A stretch of DNA of 64,000 nucleotides from Gemmobacter sp. (GTDB lineage Bacteria > Pseudomonadota > Alphaproteobacteria > Rhodobacterales > Rhodobacteraceae). A program made the translations under genes and the position numbers. Where the stretch lies: positions 1,242 through 65,241 of the forward strand of contig NZ_JBKBQM010000009.1 in assembly GCF_046292685.1 (NCBI RefSeq), written 5' to 3'. The notes beneath the pieces are model-generated. The model was not told the origin of the DNA. It made no database searches and saw only the letters and a program-made list of their open reading frames with translations. How positions within the stretch are numbered: position 1 is the stretch's first letter; each line of letters begins with the position of its first letter. Below, one piece after another: positions 43,337-51,278 of the stretch.

Positions 43337-44722
43337 TCAGACCGTGTGCAGATACAGGTCGTAATCCACATCGGCGATGGTGCGCGCCACCCGGGCATAT
43401 TCCGCCGCCTTGATCGCGGTAAAGGTGCGGTGCATTTCCTCGCCCAGCGCGGCTTTCAGAAAGGCCGATCCAGTTGCCGCCCGGATCGCCTCGCGCCAGT
43501 CGCGGGGAATGGTGTCGGACCCCGGCGCATCATAGCCGTTGCCGGTGACCTCCGGCCCCGGGTCGATGCGGTGCGCAAGCCCATGCCGGATACCCGCCAG
43601 CACCGTGGCGCCCACCAGATAGGGGTTGGCGTCCACGCCGGCGGGCCGATGTTCGATCCGCCGGGCCTGGACGTCGCCGGCCGGGATGCGCAGCGCGACC
43701 GAGCGGTTGTTGACCCCCCAGGTCGGCGCCACCGGCGCATAGCTTTGCGCGGCAAAGCGACGCCAGCTGTTGGCATGCGGCGCAAAGACCAGCATCGATT
43801 CGCCCATCGTCGCAATCAGCCCGCCCAGCGCATGCAGGAGCGTGGGCGACCAGCGGCCTTCTTTGGCCTCGACGAACAGGTTGCGTCCGGCGGGGTCTTG
43901 CAGCGAGACGTGAAAATGCATGCCCGAGCCAGCATAATCCTCGACCGGCTTGGCCATGAAGCAGGCGGTCACCCCGTGGCGCCGCGCCTGCATCCGCACG
44001 ATGCGCTTCAGCCGGAACAGGTCGTCGGCGGCCTGAAGCACATTGGTGCGGTAATGCAGCGTCAGCTCGTATTGCCCGGGGGCATATTCCGAAATCATCG
44101 TCTCGGCCTGCACCCCGGCCAGTTCTGCCGCCGCATAAATGTCGGAGAACAGCGGCTGCATGCCGTGCAGGTGATCGACCGAATAGACCTCGGTCTTGCT
44201 GGAGGGACGGCCATCCAGCACCGCGCGGGCGGGTTGCACGCGGCCGTTGCCGTCGCGTTCGTTGGCCAGCAGAAAGAATTCCAGCTCGAAGGCGCCGGCG
44301 GGGTGCATCCCTTCGGCTTCCATTGCGGCCAGTTGCCGGGCCAGTGCATGCCGCGGGTCCGACCCCATCGGCACGCCGTCCAGCGAATACATCGACATGA
44401 ACACCTCGGCCCGCGCGGGGTTGGTGCCATGCAACCGCTTCAGCGTGCCCGGCACCGGCCAGGCGCGCAGGTCGCCATCGCCCTGATCCCAGATCAGGCC
44501 GGTTTCGTGCACATCCTCGCCGCAGATGTCGAGCCCGAGAATGGAAATCGGCAGATGCCGGCCCGAGCGGTAAAAGGGCAGCAGCTCGTGCCGCCGGATG
44601 ATCTTGCCGCGCCCGATGCCGTTGGCATCGTGCAGCACGATGTCGATGGCCTCGACATCGGGGTGGGCGGCCAGAAAGGCCTCGGCCTCGGCGACCGAGG
44701 AACCGGAAGGAGAGGTGGTCAT
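43337..44722 (-). CDS. Glutamine synthetase-family gamma-glutamyl-amine ligase (PuuA-like)
   Basis: D.NGIGRGK, ELEFFL, EYAPGQYE, FMAKP..GSGMHFHVSL, NNRSVALRIP, DANPYL. Confidence 0.88.
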   Translation of the reverse strand: MTTSPSGSSVAEAEAFLAAHPDVEAIDIVLHDANGIGRGKIIRRHELLPFYRSGRHLPISILGLDICGEDVHETGLIWDQGDGDLRAWPVPGTLKRLHGTNPARAEVFMSMYSLDGVPMGSDPRHALARQLAAMEAEGMHPAGAFELEFFLLANERDGNGRVQPARAVLDGRPSSKTEVYSVDHLHGMQPLFSDIYAAAELAGVQAETMISEYAPGQYELTLHYRTNVLQAADDLFRLKRIVRMQARRHGVTACFMAKPVEDYAGSGMHFHVSLQDPAGRNLFVEAKEGRWSPTLLHALGGLIATMGESMLVFAPHANSWRRFAAQSYAPVAPTWGVNNRSVALRIPAGDVQARRIEHRPAGVDANPYLVGATVLAGIRHGLAHRIDPGPEVTGNGYDAPGSDTIPRDWREAIRAATGSAFLKAALGEEMHRTFTAIKAAEYARVARTIADVDYDLYLHTV

Positions 44723-44726
44723 GGGG

Positions 44727-46097
44727 TTATCCGAACAATTCCGTCAGCACTTCGTCGAAGGCCGCGATCAGACGATCGATCTGGCGCTTCTTCGTGGCCG
44801 GGCTGACCAGCATCATGTTGTGGAACGGCGCGATCAGGCAACCGCGGTTGAGCAGCATGGTGTGCACGACGGCTTCGACCTGCGGCTGGTGCGCCGCCGC
44901 CGCCTCGGTGCCGTTGCGCAAGGGGCCCGGCGCGCAGATGAATTCCACCCGCGCACCGACCCGCACCACATGCCAGGGCGCCCCGTGTTTCGACAAGGCG
45001 GCGGACAGACCCGCCGCCAACCGTTCGGCCCCCTTTTCCATATGGGCATAGCTTTCCGCCGTCATCACCTCGGCCAGATTGGCGACAAGGCAGGCGAACT
45101 GCATCGGGTTGGCCGACAGGGTGGTGCCCATGCCGGAATGGCCGGGGGCGCGCGTGACCTCGTAGTCGGCAAAGCGGGCGGCCACTTCGGGTGTCAGGCC
45201 CCAGACGGCAGTGGGCATGCCGCCGGCGACGCATTTTCCGGCGACGAAGATATCGGGCTCCAGCCCGTGCACCCGGGTATAGCCGCCCAGACCCGACGAC
45301 AGGGTGTGCGTTTCGTCGATAATCAGCAAGGCACCGTGCCGCCGGGTCGCCGCGCGCAAGGCGGCGTGAAACCCGGGTTCGGGCAGCACCATGCAGGAAT
45401 TGGTCATCACCGGCTCGGTCAGCACGGCGGCGACATCGCCGGCGGCCAGGGCCGCCTCGACCGCGGCCATGTCGTTGAATTCGACACAGACGGCCAGCGC
45501 CGACAGGTCGGCCACCTGCCCGACCAGACCGGGGCGATTGACGGTGCGGCCCTGATCCAGCGTGACCATGCAGTCATCGACCGTGCCGTGGTAGCAGCCG
45601 TTGAACACCAGAACCTTCGGCCGCCCCGTCACCGCCCGCGCCACGCGCAGGGCAAAACGGTTGGCGTCGGTCGCGGTGGTGGCGATCTGCCAGCGGAAAT
45701 CGCCGAAGCGTTCGGTCAGCAGTTGCCCGGCCTGAAACGCGGCCTCGGTCGGCAGCATGTAGGTCAGGCCGCGCCGCGCCTGGCGGCGGATGGCGCGGGC
45801 CACCGGCGCCGGCGAATGGCCGAACATGCTGCCCGTGTCGCCCAGGCAGAAATCGTCGATGCCGAAACCGTCCAGGTCCTCCAGCCGCGCGCCTTCGGCC
45901 TTGGCGACCACCAGCGGAAACGGCATCGGCCAGTCCTTCATCCAGTGCATCGGCACGCGGTCGAGGAAGGGCGCCGCCCCTGCCTCCAGCGCGGCACGGG
46001 TTCGGGGGCGCGATGCGGCAAAGCGGCGGGCTTCACGCTCGGCGATCAGGGCGAGGCGCGCCGAGGGCACGCCGGCAACGAGTTCGGGGGCAGACAT
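44727..46097 (-). CDS. Class III PLP aminotransferase (GSA-aminomutase-like)
   Basis: DFCLGDTGSMFGH, FNGCYHG, TEPVMTN, IDETHT, GKCVAGG, GTTLSANP. Confidence 0.88.
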   Translation of the reverse strand: MSAPELVAGVPSARLALIAEREARRFAASRPRTRAALEAGAAPFLDRVPMHWMKDWPMPFPLVVAKAEGARLEDLDGFGIDDFCLGDTGSMFGHSPAPVARAIRRQARRGLTYMLPTEAAFQAGQLLTERFGDFRWQIATTATDANRFALRVARAVTGRPKVLVFNGCYHGTVDDCMVTLDQGRTVNRPGLVGQVADLSALAVCVEFNDMAAVEAALAAGDVAAVLTEPVMTNSCMVLPEPGFHAALRAATRRHGALLIIDETHTLSSGLGGYTRVHGLEPDIFVAGKCVAGGMPTAVWGLTPEVAARFADYEVTRAPGHSGMGTTLSANPMQFACLVANLAEVMTAESYAHMEKGAERLAAGLSAALSKHGAPWHVVRVGARVEFICAPGPLRNGTEAAAAHQPQVEAVVHTMLLNRGCLIAPFHNMMLVSPATKKRQIDRLIAAFDEVLTELFG

Positions 46098-46165
46098 GAG
46101 GCTTCCTTGCGGTTTGCCTTGTCATACCTGCACGGCCGCCGGGCGTCCACACCCTGCCCGGGGGG

Positions 46166-47110
46166 TCATTCCGCCGGGGTTGCGTGGGCCGGCGGCGCAG
46201 CCGACGGGCGCCGGGCAGGCAGTTCGCCCCGGGCGCGGGCCTGTTCCACCACCAGGAAGCACCCGGCACCGATGATGCAGGCCGCGCCGATCAGCGTGCC
46301 GAGGGCCGGCACCTCGCCAAAGGCAATCCGCCCGATCCCCACCATCCACAGGAATTGCAGGTTCATCAGCATCATAGCCACATGCGCCCGCAGCCGCAGC
46401 AGCGCGGGCACCATCAACCAGCGCGCCAGAAACACGGCGCTGGCATAGGCCGCGACCAACCCGGCATCGGCCAGCGACATCGGTTGCCAGACAAAGGGCA
46501 AGGCCGCCCCCATCACCACCACCATCGCCGCATGGGGCCAGAACACCTGCGCCAGCGTGTTCGGCTCTTGCTTGGTCATGCGGCGCATCAGAACCAGCGA
46601 CAGCGTGCCCGACAGCACCCCGAAGGCCGCCATCAGGTGCCCCCAGCCGATGCCCGCCACCCCTTGCGGAAACAGGAACAACACCCCGCAGGCGCCTGTG
46701 GCCAGCGCAACCCAGGCCGCCGGCGCCACAGGCTCGCCCAGCACCGGGCGGGACAGGATGGCGGCCAGCAAGGGCATCATGCCGATGAAGACGAACACCT
46801 CAGCCAGCGGCAGATTGGCAAAGGCATGGTAGTAGCTGACCACCGACACCAGCACCAGGACCGTGCGCAAGGCGAGCAGGCGCCCGAACCGCGTCCTCAG
46901 CCGCCCGGTCGGGCCAATCGAAGGTGTGGCGCGGTTCATCAGCAGGCTCATCCCGGCGACGACCAGACCGCAGAAGAAATAGAGCTGCGGCGGGGCGAAA
47001 CTGCCGGTCAGGTGCTTGGTCAGGCCATCGGCCGCCGCCGACACCAGGGTGGTGGACAGCACAAGTCCCACCCCGATTACCACCGCCATATCCCAGCCAT
47101 CGCGCTTCAT
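46166..47110 (-). CDS. DMT/EamA family transporter coupled to the upstream unknown gene
   Basis: About 10 TM; LPLAEV, LSRPVLGEPV, FGEVP; ATGA overlap at 47107-47110. Confidence 0.85.
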   Translation of the reverse strand: MKRDGWDMAVVIGVGLVLSTTLVSAAADGLTKHLTGSFAPPQLYFFCGLVVAGMSLLMNRATPSIGPTGRLRTRFGRLLALRTVLVLVSVVSYYHAFANLPLAEVFVFIGMMPLLAAILSRPVLGEPVAPAAWVALATGACGVLFLFPQGVAGIGWGHLMAAFGVLSGTLSLVLMRRMTKQEPNTLAQVFWPHAAMVVVMGAALPFVWQPMSLADAGLVAAYASAVFLARWLMVPALLRLRAHVAMMLMNLQFLWMVGIGRIAFGEVPALGTLIGAACIIGAGCFLVVEQARARGELPARRPSAAPPAHATPAE

Positions 47111-48180
47111 GCGGCAAATCCTTTCGGGGTGGCCCGCACGAAGCGGGCAAAGAAGGGTTCGAATGCCGGGGTCGATGCCGCGGCACGGTCGAGAACGGCC
47201 AGCGCCGGCACCGACAGCCGCGGTGCCAGGCGCCGCCGCATTACAGGCCAGTCGGGGGTGCGGGCCAGGTCGAGCTCCAGAAGTGCCGCCGAAATCTCGG
47301 ACAAGGCCGAGGGGCGGCGCGGCGCGGCAAACCCGAGCGTCCCGGCGGGCAAGGTCCGCGCCAGCGGCGCCCCTCCCGCGGCCGCAACCGACCAGGCCGC
47401 CATCAGCCAGGCATGATAATCGTCGCGCCCGGCGGCGCCTTCGGCCGGAGCCACGCGGAACGCGGCCAGATCGGCGGCCACGGCATCTTCCCAGGCGGCA
47501 GGCGGCGGCGCCCCGCAATAGCGCAGCGCCACGCAGATTTCCGCCAGCAGGTCGGTGTTCTGTTCAAGGCAAGCCACCAGGCCGGCGAAGGACAGGCTTT
47601 CGCACAGCCGCTCGGCCCCGTCAAAGGCATGGCGCCCGTAATCGGACAGGTAGAAGGCGATGTGCGTCAGTTCGTAGGCCGCCTTCTTGTTGGGCAGCGC
47701 GAAAGTGGCGGCGCGCGACCCGAACCGCAGCAAGCGGTCGGTCAGCGATGCATCCCCCGGCATCGTCAGGCCGACACGCTGCGCGAACAGCCGCGCTTCG
47801 GCCCGCTGAAGATCGGACAATTCGGCTTCGGGAAGGCCGTCGGCGATGGCCTGCGCCACCAGCGCATCGGCGCGCAAGCCCGGCAGGCCAAGGGCCACCA
47901 GATCCAGCGCGATCGAGAGGTGGAAACGGTAGTATTGCGGAAAGAAGGCCAGCCTGCGTGGCAGGTCGCGCGCCGTGCCGCCGTGGACGCGCGACACCAC
48001 CTCGGGCGAAGGGCCTTGGCCGGTGGTCACCAGCAGGCGCAGCGCCTCGGCGTTTTCCTTGAGCCAACGGGCATCGTCGGCAGGGTGACGGTGATTCGCA
48101 AACAGATCGACCAGCCGTTCCGCACCCGGAACGTGGGCGCGGGTGCGCGCGGTCTGAGGCAGTGCAACGACGTTCGACAT
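47107..48180 (-). CDS. Uncharacterised ~357-aa soluble protein; candidate peptide maturase
   Basis: Motif-like blocks WLKENAE, RRLAFFPQYYRF, ELSDLQRAEA, FALPNKKAAYELTHIAFYLSDYG, DLLAEIC, DDYHAW. Confidence 0.8.
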   Translation of the reverse strand: MSNVVALPQTARTRAHVPGAERLVDLFANHRHPADDARWLKENAEALRLLVTTGQGPSPEVVSRVHGGTARDLPRRLAFFPQYYRFHLSIALDLVALGLPGLRADALVAQAIADGLPEAELSDLQRAEARLFAQRVGLTMPGDASLTDRLLRFGSRAATFALPNKKAAYELTHIAFYLSDYGRHAFDGAERLCESLSFAGLVACLEQNTDLLAEICVALRYCGAPPPAAWEDAVAADLAAFRVAPAEGAAGRDDYHAWLMAAWSVAAAGGAPLARTLPAGTLGFAAPRRPSALSEISAALLELDLARTPDWPVMRRRLAPRLSVPALAVLDRAAASTPAFEPFFARFVRATPKGFAA

Positions 48181-48245
48181 GGGTCCGCTCGGCTCCGGTG
48201 CTTCCGGCACCCCTCGGTCAGGATACCGGGCCTGTCTTGGCGGGC

Positions 48246-48272
48246 CGGGTCGCAGGACAAGCCTGCGACCCG
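48246..48272. promoter_or_regulatory. Perfect 11-bp stem-loop between the repeat-peptide gene and the downstream gene
   Basis: cgggtcgcagg-acaag-cctgcgacccg; no U-tract on the coding strand. Confidence 0.75.
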
Positions 48273-48279
48273 TGGCGCC

Positions 48280-48627
48280 TCAGCGTTCGGACGCCGACGA
48301 GAACATCTGCACCGCTTCGCCGCGCTGCAAATCGCGGCCGGCCGGCAGCGATGCCGACGAGAACATCTCGACCGCGTTGCCGCCGGCCATACCGTGCCCC
48401 ACCGGAGCGGAGGCCGACGAGAACATCTGCACGGCACCGCCATCGGCAAGGTCGAACGCCACCGGCAGCGAGGCGGACGACATCATTTCCACCGCGTCGC
48501 CGCAGTTCAGGTCGAAGGCCACCGGCATCGACGCCGACGAGAACATCTCGACAGCTTCGCCGCCGTGCAGGTCGGCGACGCGGGCCAGAGCTTCAGCGTT
48601 TTCTTTGATTTTCAGAGCGTTGTTCAC
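48280..48627 (-). CDS. 115-aa leader plus 5x20-aa repeat peptide; candidate multi-core RiPP precursor
   Basis: GTG start with GGGGG SD; repeats DLxxGxAV[EQ]M[FM]SSASxP; synonymous codon variation between repeats. Confidence 0.85.
   Translation of the reverse strand: MNNALKIKENAEALARVADLHGGEAVEMFSSASMPVAFDLNCGDAVEMMSSASLPVAFDLADGGAVQMFSSASAPVGHGMAGGNAVEMFSSASLPAGRDLQRGEAVQMFSSASER
48283..48573 (-). repeat. Tandem 60-nt coding repeat, about 5 units
   Basis: gccgacgagaacatc-like words at 48293, 48353, 48413, 48473 and 48533. Confidence 0.95.
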
Positions 48628-48763
48628 AGATATCCCCCAGGATTGGCAAGTTCAGCAAAGAAACGCTAACAACCTGGAGATGATTCGGAAATAGAAATCC
48701 ACTACCTTTGAGAGATAAAAATGCAAAAACTCGCCCTATGCGCGAATCGCTCGGCCAGCGATG

Positions 48764-49414
48764 TCAGAAAGAAGCGCCGTTCAGCACCCGCAAGACCGCC
48801 TCGGCACCGTTGAGGCCGGTCAGCGCGCGGGTATCGGTCAGGATTTCGGCGTAGTAGGGCACGTTGCGCAACCGCTGCTCGCGCGGTTCGCGCACCCGCA
48901 TCGCGTTGTAGCCGACCTGATGGTAATAGGCGACGCGCGCGCGGATCTCGGCGGTGTGGCCCTGAAAGCCCAGCGCCAGGAACACACCGCGCAACTGCGC
49001 GATGCGGAATGCCTCGACCTCGGCCAGAATCGCGGCGGTACGCGGGGCGTGGTGCGCCCAGTCGCGGATCGCGTTGTCGTAGCCGGGGTCGAACTCGTCC
49101 TCCATCACCACCACGCGCACCCAGGCCAGGTATTGCCGCAGGCCTTCGGGGCCGGCGGCCCCGATGGCGCGCGTGAACGGTGCGGTGTTCCGGTCGGCCC
49201 AATCGGCGCGCAACGCCTCGTGCAAGGCTTCGAGGTTGCGAAACTGCCAGTAGAACGCGCCGGGCGTGACGTTCATCTCTGCGGCCAGCGCCCGCACGCC
49301 CAAGGCGCCGATGCCCCGTTGCACCAGCACCGCACGCGCCGCCGCCACCCAGTCGGCGCGGGTCAACTGGCCGGATCGGCCAACGGGGTCTGGGCGGGGC
49401 GAGACGCTGTCCAT
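48764..49414 (-). CDS. TetR/AcrR family regulator
   Basis: LTRADWVAAA, LGVRALAAEMNVTPGAFYWQF HTH, AIRDWA. Confidence 0.9.
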   Translation of the reverse strand: MDSVSPRPDPVGRSGQLTRADWVAAARAVLVQRGIGALGVRALAAEMNVTPGAFYWQFRNLEALHEALRADWADRNTAPFTRAIGAAGPEGLRQYLAWVRVVVMEDEFDPGYDNAIRDWAHHAPRTAAILAEVEAFRIAQLRGVFLALGFQGHTAEIRARVAYYHQVGYNAMRVREPREQRLRNVPYYAEILTDTRALTGLNGAEAVLRVLNGASF

Positions 49415-49570
49415 GCCGCCAAGGCTGCGGCAAAGCGGACAAAGGCGCAAGGGCGGGTTGCAGGGCTTGCCGATACCGCACCGGCGCCGCAGAATGCAGC
49501 CCGATCCCGACTGGAAGGAGCCCGGCATGCCCCCCCTGCCCGCCTGCCCCGCAGACCAGAGCCGCAACCG

Positions 49571-49789
49571 ATGGCTGTAGACCCGAAGAAATTCGGCCCG
49601 ACCCGGGGCGAGCTGTGGTTTCGGTTGGGGTTCAGCCTGTGCGGGCTGGCCTTGCTGGCGGTTGCGGTGGCCCTGCGCGGCTTTCCGGCCGGGCCGGCGA
49701 TGGTCGAGGTGGGCGGCATTGCCGGCCTGTTCCTCGGGGGCACGGCGATCTGGTCGGCGCGGCGGCTGATCCGGCAGTTGCACCCATGA
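49571..49789 (+). CDS. Small 2-TM membrane protein
   Basis: MAVDPKKFGPTRGELWFRLGFS...; ATGA-coupled to the next gene. Confidence 0.7.
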   Translation: MAVDPKKFGPTRGELWFRLGFSLCGLALLAVAVALRGFPAGPAMVEVGGIAGLFLGGTAIWSARRLIRQLHP

Positions 49790-50040
49790 CCGCGCTCGGG
49801 CTGGTGGTGCAAGGGCTGGTCTTTGCGGTTTGGGCAGCCCTGGCCTTTCGCACGCTGTTTCGCCTGCGTGCGCGGGCGGTCGCGCAGTCGGGGCAGGCCT
49901 TTCCGAGGCTGCGGGCAACCCTTGCGGCCTTCGCCGGCTTCTGGCACGCCCCCGACCATGCCGCCGACCGCAAGGCGATGGGCTGGAGCTCGGCCCTTCT
50001 GGCGGTCGTCATGCTGGTGAACCTCGGGGGAAATCCGTGA
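49786..50040 (+). CDS. Small 2-TM membrane protein
   Basis: MTALGLVVQGLVFAVWAALAFRTLFRL...; overlaps both neighbours by 4 nt. Confidence 0.65.
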   Translation: MTALGLVVQGLVFAVWAALAFRTLFRLRARAVAQSGQAFPRLRATLAAFAGFWHAPDHAADRKAMGWSSALLAVVMLVNLGGNP

Positions 50041-51278
50041 CCGAACGGCAGCGGGCCGAAATTGCCGTGATCGGCGGCGGCGTGGTGGGAATGACGATTG
50101 CCTTGCGCCTGGCGCGCGCCGGGCGCGAGGTTGTGCTGATCGAGCCGGGCGTTCCGGGCATGGGTGCAAGCTTCGGCAACGCCGGCACCATCGCCGACTA
50201 TGCGGTGATGCCTGTGGGCACGCCTTCGGTGCTGCGGTCGCTGCCGTCGCTGCTGTTCGACCGCAACTCTCCGCTGGCGATCCGGCGCGCGGCCATCCTG
50301 TCGCTGGCGCCGTGGTTGCTGCGGTTCTTGCGCGAATCGTTGCCGGACCGCGCCCGGGCGAATGCGGCGGCGCTGGCCAACCTGCTGGCCGATACCACGC
50401 CGCTGTGGCTGGAACTGGCCGCCGAGGTCGGCGCGACCGATCTGCTGCGCCGCTCTGGCGCGCTTTACGTCTACGACAGCACGCAGGCGGTGCAGGACGC
50501 GCGGGCCGACATGGCGGCAAGGCGGGCACTGGGCGTTGCGGTAGAGCTGCTCGACGCCGCCACCCTGGCCACGATGGAGCCGCGGTTGCCGCCCGCGGCG
50601 GGGGGCGCGTTCTTTCCGCAGGCGGTCTTTCTTTCCGACCCGGGGCAGATGATGGCGCGACTGGCCGCTGCGGTGGCTGCTGCCGGTGTCGTGCACCTCC
50701 AGACCCGGGCCGACCGGCTGGAGCGCGGCCCGCGCGGCGTGCGCCTGACCGGCCCCGGGCTGGATCTGACCGCCACCCGGGTGGTGATCGCCGCCGGCGC
50801 CCGGTCGCGCGACCTCGCGCGGCAGGCGGGCGACCGGGTGCCGCTGGACACCGAACGCGGCTATCACCTGGAATGGGACATGGCCGAGCCGCTGCTGGGC
50901 CGCCCCTGCTGCCCGACCCGGCTGGGGTTCTACCTGTGCCCGATGGCGGGCCGGCTGCGCGCGGCAGGCACCGTCGAACTGGGCGGGCTGACCGCGCCGC
51001 CATCGCCGCACCGGCTCGCGCGGCTGGAACAGGGTGTCCGGTCGGTTTTTCCCGATCTGCCGCCGCCCGACCGCAGCTGGATGGGGTTTCGCCCCTCGAT
51101 GCCCGACAGTCTGCCGGTGATCGGGCCGTCGCAAGCGGGGGCCGAGGTGATTCATGCCTATGGGCACGGTCATATCGGGGTGACGCTGGCCCCGGCCACC
51201 GCGCGGCTGGTCGAGGCGGTGATCGCCGGCAACCATGCCGACCCCGGCCTGTCGCCCTTGTGCCCGGGGCGGTTCTGA
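50037..51278 (+). CDS. D-amino acid dehydrogenase-like FAD oxidoreductase
   Basis: VIGGGVVG, ASFGNAG, ERGYH, WMGFRPSMPDSLPVIG, GHGHIG. Confidence 0.9.
   Translation: MTERQRAEIAVIGGGVVGMTIALRLARAGREVVLIEPGVPGMGASFGNAGTIADYAVMPVGTPSVLRSLPSLLFDRNSPLAIRRAAILSLAPWLLRFLRESLPDRARANAAALANLLADTTPLWLELAAEVGATDLLRRSGALYVYDSTQAVQDARADMAARRALGVAVELLDAATLATMEPRLPPAAGGAFFPQAVFLSDPGQMMARLAAAVAAAGVVHLQTRADRLERGPRGVRLTGPGLDLTATRVVIAAGARSRDLARQAGDRVPLDTERGYHLEWDMAEPLLGRPCCPTRLGFYLCPMAGRLRAAGTVELGGLTAPPSPHRLARLEQGVRSVFPDLPPPDRSWMGFRPSMPDSLPVIGPSQAGAEVIHAYGHGHIGVTLAPATARLVEAVIAGNHADPGLSPLCPGRF

Noticed and set aside
43337-46097. GS-like ligase and aminotransferase as tailoring enzymes of the repeat-peptide cluster
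   Set aside because: Co-directional and only 68 nt away, but there is a promoter-like TGGACG-N17-TATGAC in the gap and the pair fits ordinary gamma-glutamyl amine catabolism. The link cannot be supported without synteny data.
48283-48573. 60-nt periodic repeat read as a CRISPR array
   Set aside because: Repeats vary at synonymous positions, 'spacers' resemble each other, the period is an exact codon multiple, and no cas genes are present.
48179-48694. Plus-strand 171-aa ORF with DADENICTASP repeats
   Set aside because: Antisense shadow. Variation in the core is synonymous in the minus frame, which also has the SD and the operon context.
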